A DNA stretch of 63,786 nt, filler included, from Octopus bimaculoides (GCF_001194135.2; 7 parts of 6 records of this genome joined end to end with filler, not necessarily neighbours in it); one strand, 5' to 3'. Counted from the first letter of the whole stretch, positions 12,797-25,920 are shown. The notes: generated from the letters alone by a model not told the origin. A program made the numbers and translations.

Positions 12797-12878
12797 CTTG
12801 ACAAACATAGGCAAAGAATGCATACAGAGATAAACACATAAGGAGTGCCCTGTATTGAGCCTCCTTAAGTTGAAGCAT
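12797..12878 (-). CDS. Candidate signal-peptide exon MLQLKEAQYRALLMCLSLYAFFAYVCQ(G)
   Basis: TACAG|ATG acceptor, an 82-nt open frame with a hydrophobic core, and a CAAG|GTATAG phase-1 donor. No homology recognised. Confidence 0.4.
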
Positions 12879-13058
12879 CTGTAGACGTATGACAAGTGGT
12901 AAAGCATCATTTCAGTATGGCAATATGAAATGGAATTATTTATCGACTTCCTACACACTAACTTTATCAATGATTGCTTCAAGAGGAACCTAACTGAAGG
13001 TCGTATGTTGGAATAAACAAGACTTCTTCTGGTTGTTGACTGTGGAAAAGTTCCTCCA

Positions 13059-13149
<91 letters not shown>

Positions 13150-13379
13150 CAAACACGCACACATGGACTCACACGCACCCATACGCATGAATATAAACTA
13201 ATGTATGTGTATATATATGTTTGTGTGTGCGTGTGTGTGTGTATATGTATATATATATTTCTATGTACACACACACACACACACACGCACACACACACAC
13301 ATATATATGTATGTATATATATACCTAAGAATTTAATTAATAAGAAAATAATAAAGTACATTTTAATAGTAGACTACAT

Positions 13380-15480
13380 GCTGAGACTAGTGGTAAACCT
13401 GTGTTAGTAAATAGTAATGGCGAAGCAAATGATATAAATAAAAATGATTCCACAACAACAAAAAAAAACTACTAATCATAATAATAATATTGACCTGGAA
13501 AATAATAGTAATCAAAGTATATCCTATATTCACTCACACAATAAATTTAAGAGTAAAAATAAAATCCCTATCTGGCTAAATATCCCATTCAACTGTGCAA
13601 TATCCACGAATATTTACAAAAAAATTACGAATATTTTACAAAAAAATTTCCCTTCTTCCCACAGATATAGTAGAATTTTTTCTTGTCATACAGTCCGAAC
13701 TTCTTACTCTACCCTTCCTAGTGTAGGTACAATCATAGCTAGGTTAAACAAAAAGAACATCAGGTTAGCTAGAATCAATGAAGTTAGGAATAGTGGATAT
13801 AGTTATATGAATATAAATAATAATCTAACAAATACCAATAGTAATATTGCTAATAATTATATAAATAGAAGTAGAGATAATAGTGACAATGGAAATTATG
13901 AGAATAATAATATGCTTAGGCCTGCCAACCATAATTTTAACTAACAAATAAAATGTTGCAGTATTGATGTTGAGAGTTTAATTGATGGGCTCAACTCTAA
14001 TGAAAATAATGGGAATCATGGTTCTAGTTCATATAATATCAATATGCCTAATGTTGGGAGACTATTTCTAACTGATAGCACATTAGGAAACGAGTTAAAT
14101 AGTAATGGAAATGATCAAAATATACCTAATAGTAGAATTGATGCTGGGATAAATAATATTAATGTAAATGATTGTAACAATAATAATGGAGATATTAGTA
14201 ATAATATAGGTGTGGTTGATAGCTCCACTAGGTGCAACTTCAGAAATAAGTCCCATTGTCCGTTATTAGGCCGATGTCGCACCTGTAACGTAGTTTACAA
14301 ATGCATTATAAGTACGATAACCGAGAATTATATTTACGTAGGATGTAGCCTTAATCTGAAACAGAGAATATATGACCATAGGTCTTCTTTTAGACTAAGA
14401 CATAAGGTAAATAGTACGACATTAGCAAATAAAATTTGGAAGTTAAAGGATAATGGTATTAGTTTTAGCCTTAAACGGGAAATTATAAGAAAAGCTCAAC
14501 CTTATAGAAATAGCAGATATGAATGTGGATTTTGTTCTATGGAAATATATGAAATTTTTAAACTTAGAAATAATCCTAACCTAATCAATAATAGATTAGA
14601 CCTTAGAGTATCGTGTGTACACTGCTCTACTCGCACTTTTAAATTTTTAAAAAGTAGTTAAAATTATAAAGATGTGGTATTTCAACTTCTACCATGTTCA
14701 TCTTGGGCTACTAATTAGCACATATTTAAATTTGAAATTGAACCTTTATAACATATATTTCTGATCTCTCACCTTAACATACAATCTTCTTGTGATAACT
14801 AAGATTTCAACTTTATTCCATGAATGGTATTTTTTCACACTACTTCTGCTACTGCTGTTTGTTCTAAGTATGCATCTTAATTATTTTTACCCTATGTAGC
14901 TTATAAGAATAGGAGGTTTTATAAGTTCTTAATGTTTTTAATTAGTTCTCAAACCTTAAAAATTAAAAATTTTATTTTATTCAATGCCTGACTCTAAAAG
15001 GATCCTTATTATTACATTATTTCAGGGCTTGTAGTGGTAGTGTCATGTAGTGGTAGTGTCTATATTTTGACTTAAATAATTCTAATCCTTATTCCATTAA
15101 TATTCTGTAATTATCCCATGTTAGTCTTAAAACAAGTTCTTGACTATATAAGATAGTATAATTAAACTAGTACACAATTATCATGTTCTCTATTGGATAT
15201 CTTGGATTTTTATTAAATTCTTTGTTAATTCCTACCATTCTTTTTTTTAGTTCCTTAAACCTTGATAAACGCATTATTATAAACTATATAAATCCTATAT
15301 TAATTCTTTAAATTATAAAAATAAAGTTTATCTCTTATGTGTCTTTCAAATAATATTAGATATATTAGTTTAGATTTTAAATTTTAAAATAATTAAAAAA
15401 ATAATTCAAAATAGTTTCTTGAGTCCAACAAATATAATATTCTTAAACTTCACACCTTATCTATAGCTTTTGAATTCAAA
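13380..15480 (+). mobile_element. Penelope-like element, family A copy 2 (5'-truncated; thumb/linker, GIY-YIG, trailer)
   Basis: KIPIWLNIPFN...RIFSCHTVRTSYSTLP (13444-13944) and CPLLGRC...YIYVGCSLNLKQRIYDHRSSF...CGFC (14044-14661), collinear with copy 1 in the opposite orientation. Confidence 0.9.
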
Positions 15481-15526
15481 ATTGACACTACTTCAGGTTT
15501 TTTGTATGAACTAATTACATTTACCC

Positions 15527-15616
15527 AAGCACCCAAAAGACCCAACTCTAAGACAAATACGGGAGTACGTCCTTATAAATGAAACTTCCCCAATACTAAA
15601 TAGGAAATATACATAG
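15527..15616 (+). mobile_element. PLE GIY-YIG C-terminal fragment (family D-like)
   Basis: KHPKDPTLRQIREYVLINETSPILNRKYT* resembles 19330-19514 (ALRQITEA...PSLNRK). Confidence 0.55.
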
Positions 15617-15851
15617 ATATCATACCCCCATACCCACATTTTACACAGGTAAAGTAGAACAGTTGATGGGCCTTTGTGCAGATATATGTAAACCAACAGG
15701 TCTACATACAGACGGGTAGGTACATAGGGTATATGAACAGACAACGACATACACAAATAAAGACTGAAACACATTTCCACATATACACACACACTTCTCC
15801 ACAAATATGAAGATGTGCACCCATACATACAAACATGGTACATAGCAGCAA

Positions 15852-15924
<73 letters not shown>

Positions 15925-16960
15925 AGACATGCACACACAAGGAGACAGAGGTACATACATACATATACACACATGCACACATACATGCATGCATACGCAC
16001 ACACACACTGAGACACACGCATGCGCAAAAACAAACAAAAGCAAAAACAGAACGCAACTTAAATAACGGACAGAGTCAAGACTATTGAAAAAGTTGCAAG
16101 ACGCAACGAAAATTTTAGGAAAATAAAAATAAGAAATAAGTGGAAATTTTAACGGTGCGTGTGTTAAATTTTAAGGCACAGTAAGAAAATGACTCTCCCC
16201 AGACACAACAGAATATGCTTCAACACACGAAATCACATAAAAAATCTTGCAAACCAAATCCAAAAACGAAATATAATTACATTTTATTATTAACATATTA
16301 ATTAAGCTAATATTGATATCTATAAGTTTTCCATACTTAGTATATGTAAAACAATACTGATACTTATTCAGACTAAAGAAAAAGCCCCGTTGACCTCGAT
16401 GCTTAATGTTTAATTCCCCAACATTAAGATACTAGTAAAAAACCCCAACCTAAAATAATGTTGCCACTCTGAACAGAGAAACCTTTATAACCATATCCAT
16501 GTATAATGCTTACACCTTCCCTTTCCTTGGAAGTGATTGCCCCCCTTATACTTTGAACCACTAGATAAGGGACAAAATCAGAGACAGTTAGAATTCTACC
16601 TAGAATTAATTACTAGCCTGCTAGCCTTGGCTATGTCAAGACGGATTTTTATGTATTCTTCTTCCCACTTAGATTTTAAATGTTGCCACAATAGTAATAT
16701 GTCCATTCTGCTGTAATTTTCTACATTCTTGTGCAGCTGAAGATTGCTCTACATTTTGCATTTAATGTAATGCTTGCATTACTTGAATAAATGGAGTAGC
16801 ATGAAACGTGCGTACTGCAATCATCTTCAAAATCCGTGTTGCTTTTTTTGATTTTTGTTCACTTTGTTTTTGGAATTGTTTTGGATAATACCATACTATA
16901 TTCTGGTGCCTAAACATAAGTACCACATTCAATTTCGAATCTAAATCTTTATATATATAT

Positions 16961-17043
16961 ATACGTAAATGTCGAACGATGAAATGAGTGCTCAACACCG
17001 CATTGATGTTGAGCACTAATTTCATCGTTCGACATTTACGTAT
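16961..17043. repeat. Near-perfect hairpin (37-bp arms, one mismatch, 9-nt loop)
   Basis: atacgtaaatgtcgaacgatgaaatgagtgctcaaca / ccgcattga / tgttgagcactaatttcatcgttcgacatttacgtat. Confidence 0.92.
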
Positions 17044-17049
17044 CAAATC

Positions 17050-17850
17050 TTTCGTAGAAGGTTGAAAAGGAAAACACGAGTTGATATGTATAAGGAAAAT
17101 AAGACAAGGTAGAAAATGCTAAAATAATTTTATCATGAAGAATATTTTAGTACCGGTTTCAGTCTTTGCGACTTTTTCATGAAAAACAATTAAATTGTGG
17201 AAAAATGAAATGAAATGTTTTTTTAAAAATATTTCTATAGTTTTCAAATGCGGGGGACATTTTCCTTTTTTCTGTCTGTCTCTGTCTCCCTTTTTTACTG
17301 TTGTGGCTTCTAGGTAGTTAGCAGCAGCTAGTTTGATATGAATCCTTGTCTTTGATTGTTTAAGCAGCAGCAGTAGTAGAGAAGAAGAAGAAGAAGAAGA
17401 AGAAGAAGAAGAAGAAAATGTGGAAGTGGTATGACAGTAGCAGGATGTTGGTGGAATCCTCTTAAATGGTCAAGTGACCTAAAAGTGACCCGTAGTGGTT
17501 GGAATAGTAAGGATTGGAATTGTTCTGAATAAATTCATGTGAAGTGACTGTTTTGAATATATCGTTTTTAATATTTGTGTTGGTGTTAGTCTAAGGTGGT
17601 AGTGTCATTTGTGGTGGATGCATTCAAAGGGGTTTATATTTTGTGATAAAGAATGACTCTTTATTAATGCTCTGACTACAGGTTTTATCGTTCCTGAATT
17701 GATAGAGGGGGATAATTCTGAAGCTGGGTTGTTTGATTTTGGCGAAAATGTCGATGTGTTCGCTGAATGCTATTTTTCTGTTTTTCGGAATTTTGATCTG
17801 GCATATGTGCAGAGCCATCCTTTGACGTAGACTACTGCGCCATACCATTC
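17050..17850 (-). mobile_element. Penelope-like element, family C: GIY-YIG C-terminus, 3' trailer and decayed hammerhead
   Basis: SLRQRMALH...SEHID...IIPLY...KESFFITKYKPL at 17624-17848. HHR relic agtc-gcaaa-gact-GAAA-ccgg-TA at about 17144-17186 (minus). Confidence 0.72.
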
Positions 17851-18180
17851 CAGATGAAATAGACAGGCAGAACGCTTTGCTGATACCTTCTAAAGGACTT
17901 TAAGAAAAGCAAATAAGGAAAGCACGTATAAGGTAGCGCTTCAACAATTTTTAAGAGTGTACAGTGTAACACCAAATCCGAATACACCAGCAGGTAGCTC
18001 ACCAGCAGAGCCGATGTTTGCAAGGAAAGTAAAGTCAGTTTTTGATAAATTGCTACCTGGCAAGAAAACAAAAATGTGCAGGGAATCCATAGCATGGTTT
18101 TTAAAAGTTGGTGATAAGGTATATATGAAGGCATATGTAAATGGCAAGAAGAACTGGGAAGCGGGCGAAATTACCAAATA
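17850..18180 (+). mobile_element. Ty3/Gypsy LTR retrotransposon integrase C-terminal fragment
   Basis: GQAERFADTF, ALQQFLRVY, TPNPNTPAGSSPAE.MF.RK and FKVGDKVY-like motifs across frameshifts. Confidence 0.78.
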
Positions 18181-18396
18181 TATTCATGTGTTAGTGTGCA
18201 TACGTTTGCGCGCGCCCGTGTATATATGTATATATATATATGTATGTGTGTGTGTGTGTGTGTGTGTATGCATAGACCCATAGAAACATGCATACACATA
18301 TATACATATTATGGTTAATATGCAAAGGCACACCACACACCTATACGTGTATGTTTTTCGTTGTACACCCGCGTTTTGGTGTACGTGTGAAATTGG

Positions 18397-18434
<38 letters not shown>

Positions 18435-18507
18435 GATGGTGGTGTTAGTAGTAGTGTTGGAAGTGTTGTTGGTGGTGAAGGTAGTAGTAGTAGTTGCAGT
18501 AACAGCG

Positions 18508-18593
18508 TATATAAAAGTCGTGCGCTCTTCATCTAGAGCGCATTTGCAGACAACTTCGCAATTCATTGTGGTTCAGCAAATCTGAAGGTAAGT
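18508..18593 (+). promoter_or_regulatory. Candidate TATA-box core promoter and short non-coding first exon
   Basis: TATATAAAAG at 18508-18517, an Inr-like CATT about 33 nt downstream, and GAAG|GTAAGT at 18587/18588. Confidence 0.3.
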
Positions 18594-18605
18594 TTGTTTC
18601 GTTTG

Positions 18606-18656
<51 letters not shown>

Positions 18657-18814
18657 ATGTATTATGTATGTATGTATATGTATCTAAGTATGTATGCTTT
18701 GTTTTACCCTTTTTATAGGTTTAAAAAAAACCTACATACATACGCAAAACAGTTACTGATCTCTCGTCTACTGCAGCTGATGCTTCAGTGTCACAATACG
18801 AGCCTCACATGACA

Positions 18815-19135
18815 TCAATATTTCCTCGTGTGGTAAGTATAACCTACCTACATTTCTATTAATGCTGAAGTTTCCTGTAACACACAGCAGCTTGCGAATT
18901 CATACGACGATCTCCCCGAATTCTCGGAGTGACCAGTTCAAAAGGCCAAATATAAGCAATAGGACAGGCACTGCGAAAATGTGATGTGGGTGATATGCTT
19001 GTTGTAAGCTGAAGTTTCAGATGACCTTTTTTGCCCGCTTAAAGTACTCCTTCCTTGTCTTCTCCTTATTGATGCGTTCGCTGTAGCTGACATTCTCATC
19101 CTGTCCAAGATATTTACAGCTTTCCCTAAAGATCC
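18815..19135 (-). mobile_element. R4/Dong-like LINE, RT C-terminal fragment
   Basis: CKYLGQDENVSY...KEYFKRAKKV...AYNKH...FAVPVL...FGLLNW...IRKLL...GRLYLP. Confidence 0.78.
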
Positions 19136-19329
19136 AAGGCTCCTTCATTGGAATTGTTTTTATTTATTTATTTGTTCATGTGTGTTTTTTTGTGTTTAAT
19201 TAAATTTTGTTAACGTATGTAGTATTTAATTCCATTTGTTTATCTATGTATTGTATTATACTTTGTTCATATTATTATTGGTTTATGGGTAACATGTTGT
19301 CACATGCTGTGGTTTGTGGTTTGTTAGTG

Positions 19330-19514
19330 GTGTGTGTTAGTGTTCCATTCTAGTTTCCTATTCAGACTAGGTTTCTCTTCTATTATGTGTGTAGCTTCAG
19401 TAATTTGTCTAAGTGCTGCATCACTGCTATGTGTAGATAAGATTTTAATTTCTATGTTGTTGATTGAGCCTCTATGTTCTTGTTCAGCGTGCTGGTACAG
19501 AACTGATGAGTTCT
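19330..19514 (-). mobile_element. PLE GIY-YIG C-terminal fragment (family D)
   Basis: NSSVLYQHAEQEHRGSINNIEIKILSTHSSDAALRQITEATHIIEEKPSLNRKLEWN, open up to the gap. It is absent from the ORF track because it has no start codon. Confidence 0.72.
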
Positions 19515-19614
19515 NNNNNNNNNNNNNNNNNNNNNNNNNNNNNNNNNNNNNNNNNNNNTTAATTAATTAANNNNNNNNNNNNNNNNNNNNNNNNNNNNNN
19601 NNNNNNNNNNNNNN
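19515..19614. other. Artificial 100-nt scaffold spacer N44-TTAATTAATTAA-N44 (12-mer also at 36640, 48744, 57030, 58521 and 61540)
   Basis: An identical 12-mer with stops in all six frames is centred in N runs six times. Confidence 0.92.
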
Positions 19615-19797
19615 CTTGACAACCGATGCTGGTGTGTTTACGCACTCGTAACTTAATGGTTCGGCAAAAGAGACCGATAGAATAAGTACTAGGCTTACAA
19701 AGAATAAGTCCTGGGGTCGATTTGCTCGAATAAAGGCGGTGCTCCAGCATGGCCACAGTCAAATGATTGAAACGAATAAACAAATAAAAGAGAATAA
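19615..19797 (+). mobile_element. SINE family C, 3' half
   Basis: cttgacaaccgatgctggtgtgtttacg...aaggcggtgctccagcatggcc...aaatgattgaaac; same module as 25714 and 59910. Confidence 0.85.
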
Positions 19798-20092
19798 CTT
19801 CAGCATGGCCTCACTCGTATGTATAACTACAGGATAAAACAACCACAAGGCACTGAAAACTATTCACCCTGCCTGACAAGTTGTGCATTATGGTCCCGCA
19901 ACTAGAGGGCGGTAAAAATATGTCCAGGAATGCAAATCTGTGTAACACCTCTAATCTAAGTTCGTACGATAAATCTGCCCCTTCGGGTCGGAGCTGATCT
20001 GTCACTATACAACCACAAACATGGCTACTGTCATTATTTCACTCATTCTCTCTCCCTTGCTCCTCTCGCTCGCTTCTCTGTCTATCTCACGC

Positions 20093-20123
<31 letters not shown>

Positions 20124-20278
20124 ACCCCCCTCTCTCTCCATTTTAATCTCCCTAACGCCATCTTCACGATGTGTGAAATCCTTTTATATGCTTCTGTAAA
20201 CTTACATTCCTTAAGTTATAAGCTAAAGACATCCCCAGTTATCTTAAGCTCTTTATCACATGTAGCCTGCTAAACACA

Positions 20279-20345
<67 letters not shown>

Positions 20346-21167
20346 NNNNNNNNNNNNNNNNNNNNNNNNNNNNNNNNNNNNNNNNNNNNNNNNNNNNNNN
20401 NNNNNNNNNNNNNNNNNNNNNNNNNNNNNNNNNNNNNNNNNNNNNNNNNNNNNNNNNNNNNNNNNNNNNNNNNNNNNNNNNNNNNNNNNNNNNNNNNNNN
20501 NNNNNNNNNNNNNNNNNNNNNNNNNNNNNNNNNNNNNNACACGTACGCAGATATATATATATATATATATATACATGTATACACACATATATGTACATAC
20601 TTACATCTACATGTGTATATACATGCATATCAGGGTACAGGACGTTAGAACAATAAACTACAGACAACGGAACGAACACATAGGAAAACGGAAAGCCACT
20701 TGGAATATCCCTTCATAAGCTGTCTCTATTCTATCTAGACGTTTCGAAGACAAGACAGAACGTACTCTAGAATAGTCTCTTCCTGAGTAGTGGATCAACC
20801 CACTACACAGAGGATTCCAAGGTGGCAAACACATATACATATACATATACATACACATATACATATACATATATTCATATACAAACATATACATGTATAA
20901 ATATATGTATATATATCAATACATCCATACACGCCCACAGCGGGGCACTTACGCACGAGCGCGCTCACACACGCGCATGCGCATAAATCTGTCAATAAAA
21001 ACTATGTTGATAAGATAACGCAATATACTTTGCCAAACCTAGGTTTTATTGAACATTTATATATATATATATATATACACTAATACTTATTTTTATATAT
21101 TTACACACACACATATATGTGTATATGTATATATGTATCTGTATATAGATATATACATGTATATATG

Positions 21168-21246
<79 letters not shown>

Positions 21247-21330
21247 ACATATGTATGTATACACACATACATATATCCATATACACACATATATATATAC
21301 ATAATTATGATAATAATAATAATAATAATA

Positions 21331-21365
<35 letters not shown>

Positions 21366-21419
21366 CATAATAATAATAATAATAATAATAGATATAGAGA
21401 GAAGAGTGCTTTACTTTTA

Positions 21420-21662
21420 TACGATTGACACAATCCATCACTAAGGTAAACATAGCTGATGTAATCCATCAGCAAGGCAAACCCAATGACCGCGACTCGA
21501 AAGCAACAGTTATTTATTTGAAGCTGGATATTTCGGCATCTCGTGTGCCTTCCACAGGTTCAAAATAAATCACTGTTACTTTCGAGTCGCGGTCATTGGG
21601 TTTGCCTTGGTGATGGATTACGTCAGCTATGTTTACCTTAGTGACGGATTGTGTCAATCGTA
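21420..21662. mobile_element. Fold-back/MITE-like palindrome (about 103-bp arms, 36-nt spacer)
   Basis: 21420-21522 is the reverse complement of 21559-21662 with about 6 differences. The right end runs into an N gap. Confidence 0.85.
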
Positions 21663-23405
21663 TGAANNNNNNNNNNNNNNNNNNNNNNNNNNNNNNNNNN
21701 NNNNNNNNNNNNNNNNNNNNNNNNNNNNNNNNNNNNNNNNNNNNNNNNNNNNNNNNNNNNNNNNNNNNNNNNNNNNNNNNNNNNNNNNNNNNNNNNNNNN
21801 NNNNNNNNNNNNNNNNNNNNNNNNNNNNNNNNNNNNNNNNNNNNNNNNNNNNNNNNNNNNNNNNNNNNNNNNNNNNNNNNNNNNNNNNNNNNNNNNNNNN
21901 NNNNNNNNNNNNNNNNNNNNNNNNNNNNNNNNNNNNNNNNNNNNNNNNNNNNNNNNNNNNNNNNNNNNNNNNNNNNNNNNNNNNNNNNNNNNNNNNNNNN
22001 NNNNNNNNNNNNNNNNNNNNNNNNNNNNNNNNNNNNNNNNNNNNNNNNNNNNNNNNNNNNNNNNNNNNNNNNNNNNNNNNNNNNNNNNNNNNNNNNNNNN
22101 NNNNNNNNNNNNNNNNNNNNNNNNNNNNNNNNNNNNNNNNNNNNNNNNNNNNNNNNNNNNNNNNNNNNNNNNNNNNNNNNNNNNNNNNNNNNNNNNNNNN
22201 NNNNNNNNNNNNNNNNNNNNNNNNNNNNNNNNNNNNNNNNNNNNNNNNNNNNNNNNNNNNNNNNNNNNNNNNNNNNNNNNNNNNNNNNNNNNNNNNNNNN
22301 NNNNNNNNNNNNNNNNNNNNNNNNNNNNNNTATATATATATATATATATATATATATGCAATGTTAAAGAACATGAATTATGTTCAGCTAATCCCTTCAA
22401 ATGCAATTTACTACAAGAAGTACCTGGCTACAAAACTGAACATTCCTCATCCGTGCCTTCATCACGAGCATCCTTCATACCCCTGCGCATATTTATAATT
22501 TTAAAACGATAAAATAATACGAATCAGGATTTCAAGTACCGTCCCCTAATTAAGGTGTTCCCCGAAGAATGTCGTTGGGGTTCTATGTCTAATTGTATAT
22601 TAATATAATTAAAATCTCTTAAATTAAAATTGTACTTGATAGCAATTAAGCAGAGCATGAAATCATATACATGACAGTTTGTTTTGTTCATCGTTTTTTT
22701 TCCCTTTCATTCTAAATTTCAAAGGCTGCCTTCTGCTCGTAAGATTTACATAGAAATGGTTTTAGCAAACAACAATGAAATAAAACAAAAAAGACAAAAA
22801 GAAAAAGAAATAAGTCAGAAAGGAGAAATTAAAAAACTTTTGGAAGCGCTTCGGTTTTATCGTAGTGGAGTTTCATATTAGAATTTGGTCTTGAATCTTT
22901 ATGAAAGAAATCCTAAAACAGATAAGTTATCAGGTTGAAAAGGCTGGGAGACAAACGACTGCGACTAAAATGTTTATCGTTCAAATATTCTTAGATCTAA
23001 TCTACGTAAAATAATATTTCTTCTACAAAGAATTGACCCGATGAAGTCATACTTTTTTCCATTTTTAAATCTGTTAACTTAAGCATTTCTGAAATTTTAA
23101 TAGATTTTTGTGATGACTCAGACTTTTATCATGAAAATGGCGTGTTTATTTTTCAGTTTTAGTTTTAATTTAACAAGAATTACGGTCAGAAGTTTAGGAC
23201 CAACTGATTGTGAACCACGCCAATACGTGCCTTATGTAACATGACAGCTGGAATATCTCTCCGTAAAAGAAAATTAGTTTCCATCTGTATGTAATATGGA
23301 CTTATAAATACATACGCACACACGCAAGTATATGCATACATATAAATATAGTCACACACACACACTCGTATATGTGTGTGTAAAAATATATGCATACATA
23401 TATTC

Positions 23406-23451
<46 letters not shown>

Positions 23452-23790
23452 NNNNNNNNNNNNNNNNNNNNNNNNNNNNNNNNNNNNNNNNNNNNNNNNN
23501 NNNNNNNNNNNNNNNNNNNNNNNNNNNNNNNNNNNNNNNNNNNNNNNNNNNNNNNNNNNNNNNNNNNNNNNNNNNNNNNNNNNNNNNNNNNNNNNNNNNN
23601 NNNNNNNNNNNNNNNNNNNNNNNNNNNNNNNNNNNNNNNNNNNNNNNNNNNNNNNNNNNNNNNNNNNNNNNNNNNNNNNNNNNNNNNNNNNNNNNNNNNN
23701 NNNNNNNNNNNNNNNNNNNNNNNNNNNNNNNNNNNNNNNNNNNNNNNNNNNNNNNNNNNNNNNNNNNNNNNNNNNNNNNNNNNNNNNNNN

Positions 23791-23856
<66 letters not shown>

Positions 23857-25004
23857 GCTCTCTCTCTCACTCTCTCTCTCTCCTTCTCTCTCCTCCATAT
23901 GTAGATATGTCTGCGTGTCTGGTTCAAACAATGGCGAAAATGTTTTAATAACAGCAAATATATAAATTTCAAAACGAGGAAGGAAGACCACGTAATATTT
24001 CCTACAGAAAACTTACAAGCAAGGCGATAGCAACCTGTCTGAGGGTGGACATTTTGCAGCAAATACATAAATCACGCAGAAATTAGAGATAATTCAACGA
24101 ATTTTATAGATTCACTCAAAGGAATCACCAATGTGTTAAACCACTTTGTTTATCTTATTTCCAATTTCCACACTAAGTAATTTAGATGAGATATTCCGAT
24201 AAGACGCACGAAGAAGGAAAATTTCAGAGATGACTATAAAGATATGTGGTTTTGAGCAAACCACATACAGATTAAACGATAATTATACGGGATAATTCAA
24301 CTTTTCTGGGGTACCTAAATATTTGTGTAGTATATTATAGAGATATCTCGTAATATCTACGATTTACTATGATATTCCAAATACATGGTTTTGATTGATC
24401 AGGTTGTCTTGGATGTTGGAACTGAAATCACATAATTCAGTACGTATGTACAAACACACATTCTCAATTATATATTCGTGGTCTCACACTTATGCTTAAC
24501 ACACACTTACGCAAGCACAAACACACACACATGTATCTTAGTAATTTACGCAAAATACCATGTAAGGGTATTGTACTTAATTCGTATTCATGACCAACGT
24601 AGAAGTTCTATGGAGATAATGTCAAGCGTAGCCTAATCCCGTTTATAGTATTGATAAAATCATGATCCTAGTGTCTCTGCAAGAGGGGAAGTAACCAAAT
24701 CTTGACGATGGCATCAACGAAAGCAGACACTGAACAATTACAATTCATTATACAGACCGAAACATCATTATCTCAGGCCTACAAAATAAATATCAAAATC
24801 TAGTCCTTACAGCTGTTTCAGAAATTCAGTGGCTGATTGATGCAATAATGTGTCTTACACAAACGGGTGTTCATTCTGATGTAAGAATACATATCAAACA
24901 AATAAAGATTTTAACCAGACATGAACATGATACCTTAATAAGTATGCACGCATATACACATGCACACACATTCACTCATGCACTCACATACACACACATA
25001 TTTG

Positions 25005-25040
<36 letters not shown>

Positions 25041-25653
25041 NNNNNNNNNNNNNNNNNNNNNNNNNNNNNNNNNNNNNNNNNNNNNNNNNNNNNNNNNNNN
25101 NNNNNNNNNNNNNNNNNNNNNNNNNNNNNNNNNNNNNNNNNNNNNNNNNNNNNNNNNNNNNNNNNNNNNNNNNNNNNNNNNNNNNNNNNNNNNNNNNNNN
25201 NNNNNNNNNNNNNNNNNNNNNNNNNNNNNNNNNNNNNNNNNNNNNNNNNNNNNNNNNNNNNNNNNNNNNNNNNNNNNNNNNNNNNNNNNNNNNNNNNNNN
25301 NNNNNNNNNNNNNNNNNNNNNNNNNNNNNNNNNNNNNNNNNNNNNNNNNNNNNNNNNNNNNNNNNNNNNNNNNNNNNNNNNNNNNNNNNNNNNNNNNNNN
25401 NNNNNNNNNNNNNNNNNNNNNNNNNNNNNNNNNNNNNNNNNNNNNNNNNNNNNNNNNNNNNNNNNNNNNNNNNNNNNNNNNNNNNNNNNNNNNNNNNNNN
25501 NNNNNNNNNNNNNNNNNNNNNNNNNNNNNNNNNNNNNNNNNNNNNNNNNNNNNNNNNNNNNNNNNNNNNNNNNNNNNNNNNNNNNNNNNNNNNNNNNNNN
25601 NNNNNNNNNNNNNNNNNNNNNNNNNNNNNNNNNNNNNNNNNNNNNNNNNNNNN

Positions 25654-25687
<34 letters not shown>

Positions 25688-25713
25688 TGTGTGTGTGTGT
25701 GTATATATATGTC

Positions 25714-25920
25714 TGTGTGTCTGTGTTTGTCCCCCCAATATCGCTTGACAACCGATGCTGGTGTGTTTACGTCCCCGTAACTTAGCGGTTCGGCAAAAGG
25801 GACGGATAGAATAAGTTCTAGGCTTACAAAGAATAAGTACTGGGATCGATTTGCTCGAATAAAGGCGGGGCTCCAGCATGGCCGCTGTCAAATGACTGAA
25901 ACAAGTAAAAGAATAAAAAA
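25714..25920 (+). mobile_element. SINE family C, 3' half
   Basis: gtttgtccccccaatatcgcttgacaaccgatgctgg...gactgaaacaagtaaaagaat. Confidence 0.85.

Noticed and set aside
3117-14661. The two family A PLE copies as arms of one giant inverted-repeat element
   Set aside because: They are substantially diverged, have different truncation points and share no termini, which fits independent insertions.
19495-19514. CTGATGAG next to a gap as a hammerhead
   Set aside because: It is the antisense of GIY-YIG coding sequence (NSSV).
20970-20985. GCGCATGCGC NRF1-like site
   Set aside because: It lies within decayed (CA)/(CG) repeat, so a chance occurrence is likely.
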